Of a stretch of 64,000 nucleotides of DNA, positions 11,790-25,820 are shown in pieces. The notes below the pieces were generated by a model that had not been told where the DNA came from, made no database searches, and saw only the letters and a list, made by a program, of their open reading frames with translations. How positions within the stretch are numbered: the first letter of the stretch is position 1; each line of letters begins with the position of its first letter. This DNA is from Anthoceros angustus (lineage: Eukaryota; Plantae; Anthocerotophyta). Position numbers and translations under genes: made by a program. The DNA lies in the NCBI GenBank assembly GCA_010909165.1, contig MU008170.1, forward strand, positions 1,240,001 through 1,304,000. Direction: 5' to 3'.

Positions 11790-14200
11790 CTGCTCGATTC
11801 GCTACCTCAGATGGATTGGCGCTCCTCACGGGACGGGTTGAGCGTCGCGGGGAGGATGCTGGCCGTTGAAGTTGCTCTCGCATCGACTGCGATGCGCGCA
11901 CAAAACAGCTACGTATTGCTGGGGTAGACTCTCGCCTTCCTCCTCGATCTCGGTCCTGCAGAAGCCACTCGATGAAGGGATAAAAGAGCGATGCAATTTT
12001 CTACGAGAAGATCTGAGAGGCGAAGGCTGGAATCTATGCCTCGGCATTGTGAGGACGGGTTGGCCGAATCATGGAACCTTGGGTGCACGAGCGCCCTATG
12101 CTGTTGCCTATAATCTGCTCTGATACCATAAAAGCAAGTAAGTGTACGCCATAGCTGGATCTAAGTTCTAGGCGGTGGTCAAACCAAGCCACGAGCTGGT
12201 GCACAAGTACATAAGGAGTGGCATTTGTATTCAAGAAAGAAAGTATTTATACAGCGTGGAGGTTCGGTTATCAAACCGCCTTAACTGAAAATATAAAACT
12301 GCCTAGCCTTTGTAACTTATGCACTTAACTAGCAAATACAAAAGGCTATTCTAATAGCTCTTCTTTCTTTGAGCGTCGTTTTCTATGCCGCTTGGGCTTG
12401 TCCACGAGCTCTATAGGCTCCTGGTCAGTGTCTGGCAGCTCCTTCCGGCTGCGCCTTCCACTTGCTATAGCTGCTCTCACGAAATCACACAAGACGGGTC
12501 AAGGGCGAAATTGCCCATCCAAAACAACAATGGTGTGGGATGAAGCTAGATATACCAACCGTCTTGGCGCGTACTAAATGATGATTCTGGGGTTAGCTGC
12601 CGAGGTTGGTCGACACCGCCTCAAGACTCTGGAGTCGGCCGGAGCTCGATTTCCCCTCGTGCGCTACCGATTTCCGGTGTGCCTGACGCTGGAATTGCGG
12701 AGCGCGTCTCGAATTGTGGAGCTGGCGCTCAAACTCGGGTTGACGAAATTGCCGGAGCTTGGCATAGTTCCTCACCACATGCGCTTGTTGCCCAACCACC
12801 GAATAGTGAAGAGGATGGCCGCCACGCTTTACTTCCGTAGGTCTCGACACTAAGCAACCCATGCTTATAATACGGTGCCGCCATGTGTCTGGATGGGAGT
12901 AAACCCTAATTTAGGCGGTCAATGATGGAAACGCCATTTTACCTTGGTTAAAACCATAAATTGAGCCACCGCCGATCCGCTAGATGCCGAATGATGCATG
13001 CCTTCTCTCTTAGGCACCGATTCGCCACCCTCAGATGGATTAAGGCGCTCCTCACGGACGGGTTGAGCGTCGCGGGGAGGATGCTGGCCGTTGAAGTTGC
13101 TCTCGCATCGACTGCGATGCGCGCACAAAACAGCTACGTATTGCTGGGGTAGACTCTCGCCTTTCCTCTGATCTACAGTCTTCGCAGAGAAGCTGCCACT
13201 CAGATGAAGGGATAAAAGAGCGATGCAATTTTCTACGAGAAGATCTGAGAGGCGAAGGCTGGAATCTATGCCTCGGCATTGTGAGGACGGGTTGGCGAAT
13301 CATGGAACCTTCGCCGCGTCGCTGCCTTGCATAATGCCTCCGATACCATAAAAGCAAGTAAGTGTACGCCATAGCGGATCTAAGTTCTAGGCGGTGGTCA
13401 AACCAAGCCATTTGGGTGCACAAGTACATAAGGAGTGGCATTTGTATTCAAGAAAGTATTTTGCTCTGGAGGTTCGGTTATCAAACCGCCTTCGAAAATA
13501 TAAAACCGCCTAGCCTTTGTAACTTATGCACTAACTAGCAAATACAAAAGGCTATTCTAATAGCTCTTCTTTGAGCGTCGTTTTCTATGCCGCTATTTGT
13601 CCACGCTCTATAGGCTCCCGGTCGTTGTCTCTGCAGCTCCCGCCTTCCACTTGCTATAGGCCTGCTTCCTCACGAAATCACACAAAGGCGGTCGAGGGCT
13701 AAATTGCCCATCCAAAACAACAATGGTGTGGGATGAAGCTAGATATACCAACCGTCTTGGCGCGTACTAAATGATGATTCAAGGCCGCCGAGGTTGGTCG
13801 ACATCAAGATCCTGAGTTGCACTGAGCTTCGACTTCCGTGCGCTACCGATTTCTCCGTGGCCTTGACGCGGAATTGGTGGAGCGCGGCCTGGAATTGCTG
13901 GAGCGTGGCCAAATCAAGCCCACGAAATTGGTTGAGCGCTGGATTAGTTCCTCAAATAAGCGCTTGTTGCCTTCGAACCAAACAATAGGAAGAGGATGGC
14001 GCCAAATCACGCTTACTCCAGGTAGGTCTGACACTAAGCAACCCATGCTTATAATACGGTGCCGCCATGTGTCTGGATGGGAGTAAACCCTAATTTAGTT
14101 GCGGTCACGATGGAAACGCCATTTTACCTTGGTTAAAAACCATAAATTGGAGCCACCGTTTTCTGATCCGCTAGATGCTGTAATGATGCATGCCTTTCTG
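11790..14200. repeat. Tandem duplication of ~1.2 kb (LTR, PBS and leader)
   Basis: 11790-13010 matches 13015-14200, e.g. GGGTTGAGCGTCGCGGGGAGGATGCTGG at ~11835 and ~13060. Confidence 0.9.
12117..12128 (-). promoter_or_regulatory. Primer-binding site (tRNA-iMet)
   Basis: Reverse complement reads TGGTATCAGAGC, directly after the LTR-like sequence. Confidence 0.85.
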
Positions 14201-14205
14201 GGACA
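13349..14205 (-). repeat. Putative 5' LTR of the DNMT-Gypsy element; a second, 5'-truncated copy lies at ~12130-13005
   Basis: Starts TGTCCCAG on the minus strand at 14205. Followed by a degenerate PBS (~13337-13348). Near-identical to 12130-13005, which precedes the intact Met PBS and contains TATAAATA. Confidence 0.65.
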
Positions 14206-14719
14206 ATATTTTGTGCTGACTTTACTTCATGCATGAAGGGATTGGCCTTTGCCAACTGTTGTTGCTTTGCCTTTCAAGAAACGTGAAACCCGTTTTCCAC
14301 CTATTCAATGTTGGATACAGTGCCGGAATGTGAGAGAGGTACAACACACTGAGAGCAAGAAAGCAGTGGCTATCATTTGCGAAGTTTAATACTATTGGTG
14401 TCATCAAGTAGCCTCGTCAAGGTTCTAGTCCCACATCATGCTGCAAGCTATGCACATTCTTGATGACGCTGAGGTGATACCACTGTGCCACTAACTTCTA
14501 TTGCCCTTTGTAGTTAAACTTTACGACAATGTGGCTCATGTGGTTGCCGATTCAGATGCAACGTGATGGCGATATTGATGTCAATTGCGAAGATGTCTTC
14601 CAATATCTGTGAGAGCTTGATTCGGAAAGAAGAACCAAACATCAAGCAAGGATTGCGCCGCCAGATATGATTCGGCCTTGTCATGCCGTGTGATACTAAT
14701 CTCTGCACTTGGGTTTAGT

Positions 14720-14870
14720 GTTTGATTAGCATTAATTAATCTAATTACTTATCTTTAAGTAAGTAATTAGTGTTAATTAATCTAATGTGCTTATGCTAAT
14801 TAAGCATTGATTAATGTTAATTAATCTAATATGCTTATGTTAATTAAGCATTGATTAGTGTTAATTAAAC
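14720..14870. repeat. AT-rich degenerate tandem repeat (TGATTAGTGTTAATTAATCTAAT-like)
   Basis: About 4 imperfect copies visible. Confidence 0.6.
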
Positions 14871-17640
14871 ATGGTTAGCAATGGCTAAGTGGATAAGCTC
14901 AAGTAATATGCTTTGGCATATTCCTTGCATATTATAGTGTATTCTTAGGATATTTCGCATACGACGCCACAGGATATCTTAGAATATGCCGATGCTGTGG
15001 TTCAAGATATAGATTCCCTTCCATCGAGGATAGCTCGATCATAGCTTGTCCTCTAGATATGCAAATGAAGAGCGCGGAGGAGGCCAAAGCTATGACCGAG
15101 AGCCGGCGCGCGATAATTTCGCGTTGTCTCGCGAGAGCGTGTGCGCTACCACGACGTAGCTACTCCCTCCGTCATATGTTGGTTGCACCTATATATCCGC
15201 AGACAGATTTGTTTGCTTGGTTGTTGGTCGAGGAAGTGCTTATATGAATTCAAGTGCTTACTGCTGACATTACCATGGCCAAGATGCGCTTCAACCTTTT
15301 CAAAGAAGTAAGCAATTATAGAGCATTGGTTACACGAGTTAAAGCTCAAGTGGAATTTTCGCGCAGGGACGCCGCATGCCGCATCGACAAATGCTCACTC
15401 ATCGGGTGCAGTCCACAGTGAGATAATCCACTGCCAGCCTCGCTTTTCCTCCCACTCCAAGAAATATGAATCTCTACACTCCAATGGATAGAAGTCCCGT
15501 GGGAGGAGGGTATGGAGCAATGCGTAACCGATTGTACAGGCGGTCCGAGGTCTGTTTAATGGAAATGCTAGTGGTGGAGAGGCTGGACACCCAAATGCGA
15601 TGAAGAGAATGTTTTCCGGACACCACCGGCAAGACGAAGTCCAACTTCCTATCATCCGAAACCTATGTGCGAGATGTTGCAGCCTGGAAGCGAACAGAGA
15701 TATCGGGTTCAGAAGCGCCGGGCTGCCAACGTTTCTTTGTGGAAGACAAAGGGGGACTGTGTGCTGCAGGATTTTCGGAAACCATGTTGCAACAAATTGT
15801 GCATCCAATTGTTGACCAAAGAAGGCTTCCAGGAGCAACGGGACAGGTTCCTGAGGTTGAGCAGGCTGGCACAGGAAACATTTCTTCAGTCCCTTGTCAG
15901 ACCAGATTTGGAGGCCAATTCAAGATAATGCGCTGTAACCCATCTAATGGGTGAGAAAGGACTGCGCTCTAATGTAACCCATCTAATGGAGCAGAAAGGA
16001 CTGCGCTTTATTTCACATGCTTACTTCCTGCGGCTTTGGGAACAAAACTTCAAACGGGTGAAGATACCCAAGTCCAATAGGTTTTCGACATGTTCATTAT
16101 GCACAGGATTGAAGTTCAACATACGAAGCACAAACGCGTGCACCGACCAAGGTAGGACTTTCCAAGCCCATTGCCTTTTTGACATTAATCTGTAAGTGTG
16201 GCAAAGTCGTGGGAAGCAGTGAAAGCCGGCATGGCCGAGTCCTCACCTTCCCAACAGTGTGCGCGTCGGCATGCTGGGGCCTACCTTTTCCAGTGTATGG
16301 TGATTCCGGCAACACTAATACAATGGGCTCGGCATACCGACGCCTAGGTTCCAGTGTGTTGCATGCATGCCATGCAGCGCGCTTAGGACGCCGCATGCCG
16401 CCCAGTTCCAAAGGTGTTTCATGCATACCACCGCACAGGCGCCACTAGGCGCCAAGATGCTGCCCTCACCACCACCGTGTTGCCAACATGCCACCAAGGA
16501 CTAGTAAGTCTTAATGGCCACACATAAGAACCATACTCGCGCCGGTCACCAGACCAATGAGCCAATGGATGGTCGGGCATGCCGCCCCATGCACTGCAGG
16601 TATGTGGCACGCACGTGTGTGTTCATGTTATGCCGGCACCCATGTTCTAGTGTTTACCCAAGATGCCGACGCCCGACATCGCTTGTTCCCGATGCTAGCG
16701 CAAGTATTACGCATGCATGCCGACGCACTTTTACTTGTGTGTTGGTTTGATGCCGCACTCATGTACTGCAGATGCCTAAGATGGCGGCTACCATGGTGGC
16801 CTCTACATGCCCCTGTGCACTAGTGGAGCTCACTGACGCTACAGCACCCATGGTGCCAGCGTGCCAGCGCCTAGGCACCCGTGGTGCGGGCATGCCGGTG
16901 CCCATGTACCCTACTAGAAAAGACAACCTATGTTACAGTCGTTGTTGCAATTTTATGTTACACTTCCAAATTGCAATATGTTATGTAGGCTTGGTATTAA
17001 GTTTGACACTATTCCCTTCTCATGCTGTCACCATCTTAACACGAACCTGGCTCTCTCTCTCATCACCTCGCCCTCCTAAGTACACCCTCTCTCTCACAAG
17101 CATTGTTTATGATTTCAAACATATACTATGAAAACCTACTTATGTTAGAGTCCTTTGTTACAATTTCATATAACACTTTCCATTTGCAACACGCATTAAG
17201 TTAGTTGGCTTGGTGTTAAGTTTGTGATTAACCTTCTCTCACCATCTTAACAACCTGCTTCTGGTCTCTCCTTTCACCTCACACTTCTAGTTAATGCTCC
17301 AGTATGACACCCATTTTATAATTTTTCCCTCTTTGTGTTGCAACATGACTCTGACAATGAGCTCCCCTCTCACACTATTATTTTATTCTTCCCCTCTTGC
17401 TTTTCCTACATGACAGGAATTAGGAACTCTATCTCCTCCCCGTGGTGTCATTCTCTTCCATTTTGCCTCCTTTGCATAGCTATGCGTTTATAATCTACCT
17501 TCCCTCTTCAATGCACCATTGTGTCCATATCTGGTTTTGTTTTTACACAACTGAAACTCTTGTTTTTACCTGATTATGTATAGTACGATTTTAGATTATT
17601 TATATGTCTATCTATACATATGGTTTGCAGGCCGACTTGT

Positions 17641-17759
<119 letters not shown>

Positions 17760-17999
17760 CTGAAATATGTATTTATGTATGTATATATATGTATTTTTAC
17801 TTGTAAATTAAACATAATATTATTTGCCTATGTCTAAGTTCGTGGGCGAAGGGCTCACTCTGCGTTCGGAGGACAGATTCAAAAGAGAAGGCAGAAGGGA
17901 CTTCCCCTTCCCCTTCTCTTTTCCCCCTTCCAAAAGCTTCCTCACCCTTTTCCTGTCCATTGCCACAGATTTAGAGCGACAATCGCAAAGTACATAGAG

Positions 18000-18300
18000 A
18001 TAAGGGAGAGGAGGAGGGGGAGAGGCAAGGAGGAAGAGGGGGACATGAATCTGAGGTAGAGGAGGAGAGGAGGAGGGGGAGAGGCAAGGAGGAAAAGGGG
18101 GACATGGATCTGAGGTAGAGGAGGAGAGGAGGAGGGGGAGAGGCAAGGAGGAAAAGGGGGAGAGGGATCTGAGGTAGAGGAGGAGGAGGAGGAGGAGGAG
18201 GAGGAGGAAGAGGAGGAGAGGAGGAAGGGGAGAGGCAAGGAGGAAAAGTGGGAGAGGGATCTAAAGTAGAGGAAGAGGACGAGGAGACGGAGGAGGGATG
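18000..18300. repeat. Purine-rich ~60-bp minisatellite with a (GAG)n tract
   Basis: GAGGAGGAGAGGAGGAGGGGGAGAGGCAAGGAGGAAAAGGGGGACATGGATCTGAGGTA-like unit, about 4-5 copies. Confidence 0.9.
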
Positions 18301-18445
18301 GTGGCAGGGCGGGATCACGTGTACAGCCGCAAGCAGATCTTGTACTTGCAGAGCATTGCAAGGTCAGGCCAAGACCTGTTCCAATACTGTGATTTCCTCT
18401 CAAATTTTCAGCTGTTGCGTAACTAGCTAGTGTGATTTGATGTTA

Positions 18446-21400
18446 GAGAAAGCCATAGTAGCATGGTGGGGTGTCTCGCGTACATGTACAACTGCAAGTA
18501 GTTGCAAGGTCAGGCCAAGACCCATGTATATCATGTTCCTAAACTTGGTATTCCACAGGGCAAAAGTAAAAAGAGAATGGTAGATGGGGAGAAGGTTTGG
18601 TACCAGGCCTAGAAAAAGTGTTACAAGACCTCTCTTGTAACACTTTAGATGTTGCAATCATGTTACAATTTGGAGAGAGGGCAAAAGCACCTCTCACTTC
18701 ATCTTAACATAATTGCAACACCATTGCAACATGATTGCAACAAAAGCTGTGGTCTGGTTTTCAAGCCAAAGTGTAACAAGGGGCCCAAAAAGTGTTACAT
18801 GGCCCCAAAATTGCAACATGAATGTTATATCCAGGGGTCCAAATCTTAACATAAACTATAACATAGGCTACCCTTTCTAGTAGGGGTACAGGCTGGGCCG
18901 GCCTCAGACTATTAGTGCCGCCCGACAGCTTAGGTTCCAATGGTGCAGATGCAGCATTCGAAACCATGTTGTGGACATGGTTAGCTTCGCAGTATGCACG
19001 ATTATGCGTCTCTGGGAATTTTGGAATGGGGGCAATGGCATGTTTGCGGTCCTTTCATAGGTCCTTTCTTCTGGGCATGCCTTCAGTGGCGGCCGCCTCT
19101 TGAGTTCCCGGGTTCCTATGCTCTTGCCCTAACATTTTACTTTCCTTTGACTGCAGCTGTATATCAGGATGCACTCGATAAGCATCGTATCCGTCTGATG
19201 GATGAACGGAAAAAGCTTCACAAGCATCGCACAAAAGGGTACAAGGAGCCACACAAATATATGTTATTATGTATCGATGGGATGGACCAAAAAAAAACGT
19301 CGCTCCCCCATATCTTAAGGTGGCCGAAGGACTTAAAAGAACACAGCAAGATTACAGTGCATGTAGTGGGTTGCATGATTCATAATTACACATTCAAGGC
19401 GGGCGATTCCACTATGTAATTTGAGGAATGATGCAAATTTGATTTATCTCTATTATACAGATGTGATCCTCACTTATGAAGGGTTGCTTCCTAAAGTTTT
19501 ATATTTGCAGCTGGACAACACACAGTGGAGAACAAGAATCAGCTGCTCTTTGCTTACCTCAACATGCTCACGACCTAGGAACGTTTGAGAAGGCGAAGGT
19601 TGGTTTTTTTCTTGTTGGGCATACACACGATCAAGTCGACCAAATGTTTTCTTGCTTCTCGAAACATCTGAAACACAAAGAGGCTAGAACCCTACCAACT
19701 ATGCAGGACATTTTGAGAACAGCTTATACATCGAACCCAGAAGTGTAGGTGGTGACGGAAGTTGCATATTTTCGTTCATTTGTGTGGCCGATGCAGATAG
19801 GAGAAGGAGGTCGCAAGTTCAAAGCCGCAGTGTGGAAGTTGAACAACCTTTCATTCCAACACCAATTCAAAATTACCCAAAAAGACAAAGTGGAACGGGG
19901 AAAGGTAACGGTCATTCTAAGTAAACAATACTCGACTTCTCCATTGTGGGAAACTGAAGATGGCCTAGAGTTCTTGTCGTTTGTGCCTAACAGCATCATC
20001 GGCCCAATTCCCTTAATGGCATTGCACGCAAGAGACAAGAAAGGGAGTGGAGGAGGCTTGAGTGCACGTGAAGGCGTAGATCACTTGAAGAAAGGAATGC
20101 TAAAGTTACCAACTTATGTGAATGCTATTGGGGGGGGAGTGGTGGGATGATTTCTGGAAGGATCAAGAAGAGATCGCAACGATTGTGGACCATAACGTCG
20201 GCCTTGTTTTGAAAAACCCGTGGAAGTGGTACGATAGGGCAGCGGCAGAAGCAAATGTGCCTCCCTTGCTGGTTCCGGAGGAAGCTCTTGGACCTAAGCA
20301 TTATTATGGGATGTACCACAACGGACATGTACCGGAGCATATCGTAACGTTGAACGACGTGAAGAGGAAGTGGAGAGGATGAATGGTGACATTTTGGAGA
20401 TTAAAAAAGGTATGTTCATTGTAACGCCTTGTGAGGGCGACACTCACAACAGGGCGTTCTGGGTGGCCAAGGTTGTTGGTGTCCACCTCACCGCCCCTGA
20501 CCCCTATTTCCTTGTAAACTAGTGGCGGACCGAACACACAGATGCTTTTGAAGGGAAATATGTAGGGGAATACTTTCTCAGGTCTGATAGCGACATAGCA
20601 GCAACTTTGAAAGGCAAGGCGGGAAAAGGTTTCAGGCCTCCGAACATCCGAAGCTCTTCGTCCGAAAACCATTATTGTGTATTATGGGTTCAAGCTGACA
20701 TCCAGAAACATCTTTACGCAGCAGACAAGAAAGCCATAGTAGCATGGTGGGGTGTCTCAAGACATGTAATACAATCGCAAGTAGTTGCAAGGTCGCCAAG
20801 ACCCATGTATATCATGTTCCTAAACTTGGTATTCCATGGCAAAAGTAAAAGAGAATGGTAGATGGGGAGAAGGTTTGGTACAGTTTAGAAAAGTGTTACA
20901 AGACCTCTCTTGTAACACTTTAGATGTTGCAATCATGTTACAATTTGGAGGGCAAAAGCACCTCTCACTTCATCTTAACATAATTGCAACACCATTGCAA
21001 CATGATTGCAAATAAAAGTCGTGGTCCGGTTTTCAAGCCAAAGTGTAACAAGGGCCCAAAAGTGTTACATGGCCCCAAAATTTAAAGGTTACAACATGAA
21101 TGTTATATCCAGGGGTCCAAATCTTAACATAAACTATAACATAGGCTACCCTTTCTAGTAGGGGTACATGCCGACCGCCCCCACTATTAGTGCCCGGACA
21201 AGTGCTTAGGTTCCAATGGTGCGGCATGCAGATGCAAAACCAAAGTGTTGTGGACATGGTTAGCTTCGCAGTATGCACGATTATGCGCCTCTCGAATTTT
21301 GGAATGAAATGGCATGTTTGCGTCCTTTCATAGGTCCTTTCTTCCGGCATGCCTTGATGGCGCCTCTTGAGTTCCCTGTGTTCCTATGTTTGCCCTAACA

Positions 21401-23910
21401 TTTTACTTTCCTTTGATCGCAGCCGTAATCGATATCGGGATGCAAGCATCGATCCGCGATGGATGAACGGGAAAGCTTCACAAGCATCGCACAAAAGGGT
21501 ACAAGGAGCCACACAAATATATGTTATTATGTATCGATGGATGGATCGAAAAAGCGTCGCTCCCCATATCTTAAGGTGGCGAAGGACTTAAAAGAACACA
21601 AGATTACGTGCATGTAGTGGGTTGCATGATTCATAATTACACATTCAAGGCGGGGGCGTATTCCACTATGCGAATTTGAGGAATGATGCAAATTTGACGA
21701 TCTCTATAATACAGGATGTGATCCTCACTTATGAAGGGTTTCTTCCTAAAGTTTTATATTTGTAGCTAGACAGCACATGCAGGGAGAACAAGAATCAGCT
21801 GCTCTTTGCTTATCTCAACACGCTCGTCGACCTAGGAACGTTTGAGAAGGCGAAGGTTGGTTTTTTTCTTGTTGGGCATACACACGATCAAGTCGACCAA
21901 ATGTTTTCTTGCTTCTCGAAACATCTGAAACACAAAGAGGCTAGAACCCTACCAACTATCTACGGGACATTTTGAGAGCACGAACCCAAGTGAAGGTGGT
22001 GACGGAAGTTGCATATTTCCGTTCATTTGTGTGGCCGATGCGACGAGAAGGAGGTCGGAAGTACAAAGGCGTGCGAAGTTGAACAACCTTTCATTCCAAC
22101 ACCAATTCAAAATTACCCAAGAAGACAAAGTGGACGGGAAAGGTAGCGGTCATTCAGAAACAATACTCGACTTCTCCATTGTGGGAAAGCGAAGATGGCA
22201 CAGAGTTCTTGTCGTTTGTGCCTACATCCATCTTAACTCCCTAATGGCATTGCGAAAGACAAGAAAGGGAGTGGAGGAGGCTTGAGTGCGTGATGGCGTA
22301 GATCACTTGAAGAAAGGGATGCTGAAGTTACCAACTTATGTGAATGCTATTGGGGGGGGAGTGGTGGGATGATTTCTGGAAGGATCAAGAAGAGATCGCA
22401 ACGATTGTGGACCATAACATCGGACTTGTTTTGAAAAACCCGTGGAAGTGGTACGATAGGGCAGCGGCAGAAGCAAATGTGCCTCCCTTGCTGGTTCCGG
22501 AGGAAGCTCTTGGACCTAAGCATTATTATGGGATGTACCACAACGGACATGTACCGGAGCATATCGTAACGTTGAACGACGTGAAGAGGAAGTGGAGAGG
22601 ATGAATGGTGACATCATGGAGATTAAAAAGGTATGTTCATTGTAACGCCTTGTGAGGGCGACACTCACAACATGTATGCCTGGTGGCCAAGGTTGTTGGT
22701 GTCCACCACCGCCTCGACCCCTATTTCCTTTGTAAACTAGTGGCGGACAACACATGGGAGAACAAGAATCACCGCTTTTGCTTACCTCAACATGCTGCCG
22801 ACCTAGGAACGCTTTGAGAAGGTGAAGGTTGGTTTTCTTCTGGGCATACACGATCAAGTCGACCAAATGTTTTCTTGTTTCTCAAACATCCGAACACAAA
22901 GAGGCTAGAACCCTACCAACTATGCAGGACATTTTGAGAATATATACATCGAACCCGTAGAAGGTGGTGACGGAAGTTGCATATTTCGCTCATTTGTGTG
23001 GCCGATGCAATAGGAGAAGGAGGTCGAAGTACAAAGTCTGGAAGTTGAACAACCTTCGCTTCCAACACCAATTCAAAATTACCCAAGAAGACAAAGTGGA
23101 CGGGAAAGGTAACGGTCATTCTGAGTAAACAATACCGACTTCCATTGTGGGAAATCAAGATGGCCTGAGTTCTTGTCGTCGCTTGTGCCTAAAGATCATC
23201 GGCCCAACTCCCTAATGGCATTGCGCAAAGACAAGAAAGGGAGTGGAGGAGGCTTGAGTGATGGCGAGATCACTTGAAGAAAGGGATGCTAAAGTTACCA
23301 ACTTATGTGAATGCTGTTGAGGGGAGTGGTGGGATGATTGGAAGGATCAAGAGGAGATCGAACGATTGTGGACCATAACATCGGACTTGTTTTGAAAACC
23401 CGTGGAAGTGGTATGATAGGGGCGCCGGGGTATAAGCAAATGTGCCTCCTTGCTGGTTCCGAGGAAGCTCTCTTGGACGAAGCATTATTGCGGGATGTAC
23501 CACAACGAGACATGTACCGGAGCATATCGTAATGAACGACGTGAAGAGGAAGTGGAGAGGATGAATGGTGACATTTTGGAGATTAAAAAAGGTATGTTCA
23601 TTGTAACGCCTTGTGAGGGCGACACTCACAATAGCCTGGTGGCCAAGGTTGTTGGTGTCCACCTCACCCCCGACCCCTATTTCCTTTGTAAACTAGTGGC
23701 GGACCGAACACACGATGCTTTTGAAGGAAATATGTAGGGGAATACTTTCTCAGGTCTGATAGCGACATAGCAGCAACTTTGAAAGGCAAGGCGGGAAAAG
23801 GTTTCAGGCCTCCGAACATCTAGAAGCTTTTCGTCCGAAAAACCATTATTGTGTATCATGGGTTCAAGCTGACATCCAGGAAACATCTCTACGCAGCAGA
23901 CAAGAAAGCG
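18446..23910. repeat. Tandem partial re-duplications of the transposase 3' region (junctions at ~20730 and ~22748)
   Basis: GEWWDDFWKDQEEIATIVDHN recurs at 20122 and 22344 and in degenerate form at ~23320. Junction microhomologies are AGAAAGC and GGAC. Confidence 0.9.
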
Positions 23911-24904
23911 ATCAGAGAGAATTTAAATGCTCTTCATCCTCACATCGTACCCTCCACCCTAGATGCAGCTATCGATAGTGAGGATGATGGTGATGAAGTA
24001 GCCATGACCGAGGAAGAAGGTTTAGAGTCAAGCGAAGAGTGAGGATGTGATTCTGTTGGTTGGTGCAAGATAAGTGAGATCTATTGGATGGTGGTGTTTC
24101 CTATAATGGCCAATGGGAAGACGCGAGCGTAGTATCGGGTTGGGAGTGAATTTATGATCTCCCGTATCACAAAGAAAATGTTATTGGTACCGGCATGCGG
24201 GCCCCCCCTACATGAAACTGATCGATTTCTTCATTGAACATTCTCGCAGTGAAGTAGATATCCCCAATCCTTAGGGTTAATCACACTTTGTTTCCCCAAC
24301 CCTAGTTCGAGGCGTGTTGCTCAAAAACAGGACATGCGGGGATGAAAACTAAGTTGCTCCGCCCATGTGGACCAGGCAAACAGAGAATTCAATTCATTAT
24401 TGCATCGGTTTGGACAGATGGGCGGCACCTTCTAATTCGAATGTGCAAAGAGAGCAGGGGTCAGGGGGTGAATGCGCCGGCATGAGGAAGTGAACATGGC
24501 GTTAGAGCGCTGGCATGAAAATAGGCGCCGGCATGCCGGCGCCCTTACCCTCTCACCCGACTGCACTACCAGATCCGTGATTTTGAGGTGTTCATCCGAT
24601 GTATTCCCTTTTCCGAAAGTCCATGCATTATAGTTTTTGGGTTGGCAAGGATGTGAGGACGTACATAAATAAGCCGCAATTACTATAGCGCACGGATTCA
24701 TACGTTCTGCGTCTATGCACTTTGTTATGACATGGGTCTCCATTCTCTTGGAATCATGTATTGTGTGGGCGTGCAGACCATTCTTGTCCCAATCGTCATC
24801 CATGGATCTTATGATCCACATGTTCTACACCATAATTTTTTAGTATTTTTCACTATCTATGTAGCATAGAACCGATTTGATACCCATCACAAACCCCGTT
24901 CAGC

Positions 24905-25150
24905 GTATATTGGCCTATGAAGCCGCTTGATATATCTTCAGCCCCTTCAAATATTACCATGTTCTATGTATCATTGATGACTTTTCCAAATACACCTGGA
25001 CATATATCATGCACCAGAAAAATGAGACATTTAGATTGTTTCAAGACTGGCTTCTTATTGTTGAACGTCAAATTGGACAAATGCTTAATTTCTTCCGCAC
25101 AGATAACGTATCAGAATTTGTCAATAATGCATTTAACATCAACCTCTTGC
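24905..25150 (+). pseudogene. Copia integrase fragment
   Basis: IIDDFSKYTWTYIMHQKNETFRLF...FRTDNVSEFVN. Confidence 0.8.
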
Positions 25151-25566
25151 TACTCGAGGTTAGCCCCTTATACCTAACTGTTTTCCCTATGTCCTATCTC
25201 TAGGACCCAAGTTCCTACAAGATTTCCCTATTTCTGCCAAAGTGGCCCCTCCCAAAATTAGTATAAATACCCAGTGACAATTCTCTTCCAATTCACTCTA
25301 GTTCTCTGCAGTTTTGCTCCAGTTTGATCCCTTTTGATCCAAAAAAGTGGACTTCCCAAACTTTTGCATTCCACAGAAGCCCATCTGAGCATTCAGAGTG
25401 GGGCGATGGTGAGCCAAGGGCACGCTATGATTTGGCAGGCTAGGAGCCTAAAGATTGTCGCGAGCCTGATTCAAGCTACTTCCTGGATGCAGGAGAGCTC
25501 ATGCAGACTTTCCAGAACCACACCAATCTTGAGGAAATCTTTTCCAAGTGCATGAAATACCTACGT

Positions 25567-25773
25567 TGTTAAGGGTTAATCTGTTATTCGCTTAACCTAG
25601 CTGTTATTCGCTAACATACCGTTTGATATTTAGGGTTACGTGGTATATAATGAACACATATGAGACCTTTTATTATTCTTTTGATTATTCATCGTTTTTG
25701 CACACACACAAGACTTTGTGTAGTCTCTAAGCCTTCTGGCCTTAGTAAAATGATCGTGCTCCGATAATTTACA
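25567..25773 (+). repeat. Copia 5' LTR
   Basis: TGTTAAGGG...AATTTACA followed by TGGTATCAGAGC. Confidence 0.97.
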
Positions 25774-25820
25774 TGGTATCAGAGCTCAAATGCTCTGTAC
25801 TTTGCTGACATCGCTAGAAA

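Larger units (their letters stand above)
6737..14205 (-). mobile_element. Ty3/Gypsy LTR retrotransposon carrying a DNMT3-like methyltransferase and a PHD finger; frameshifted; 3' LTR not in window, so the element may extend past position 1
   Basis: Minus-strand order: LTR-like region with TATAAATA (~12243-12250); tRNA-Met PBS TGGTATCAGAGC (12117-12128); protease VLVDT (~11281-11295); C5-MTase; RT (MCGDYR, MPFGLK, YIDD at 9038-9049); RNase H ([20 protein letters not shown]); integrase ([24 protein letters not shown]); PHD. RT-RH-IN order is Gypsy-type. Confidence 0.92.

Noticed and set aside
17820-18403. Pro/Ser-rich, extensin-like minus-strand ORFs
   Set aside because: All frames are open only because of the purine-rich minisatellite inside a non-autonomous element.
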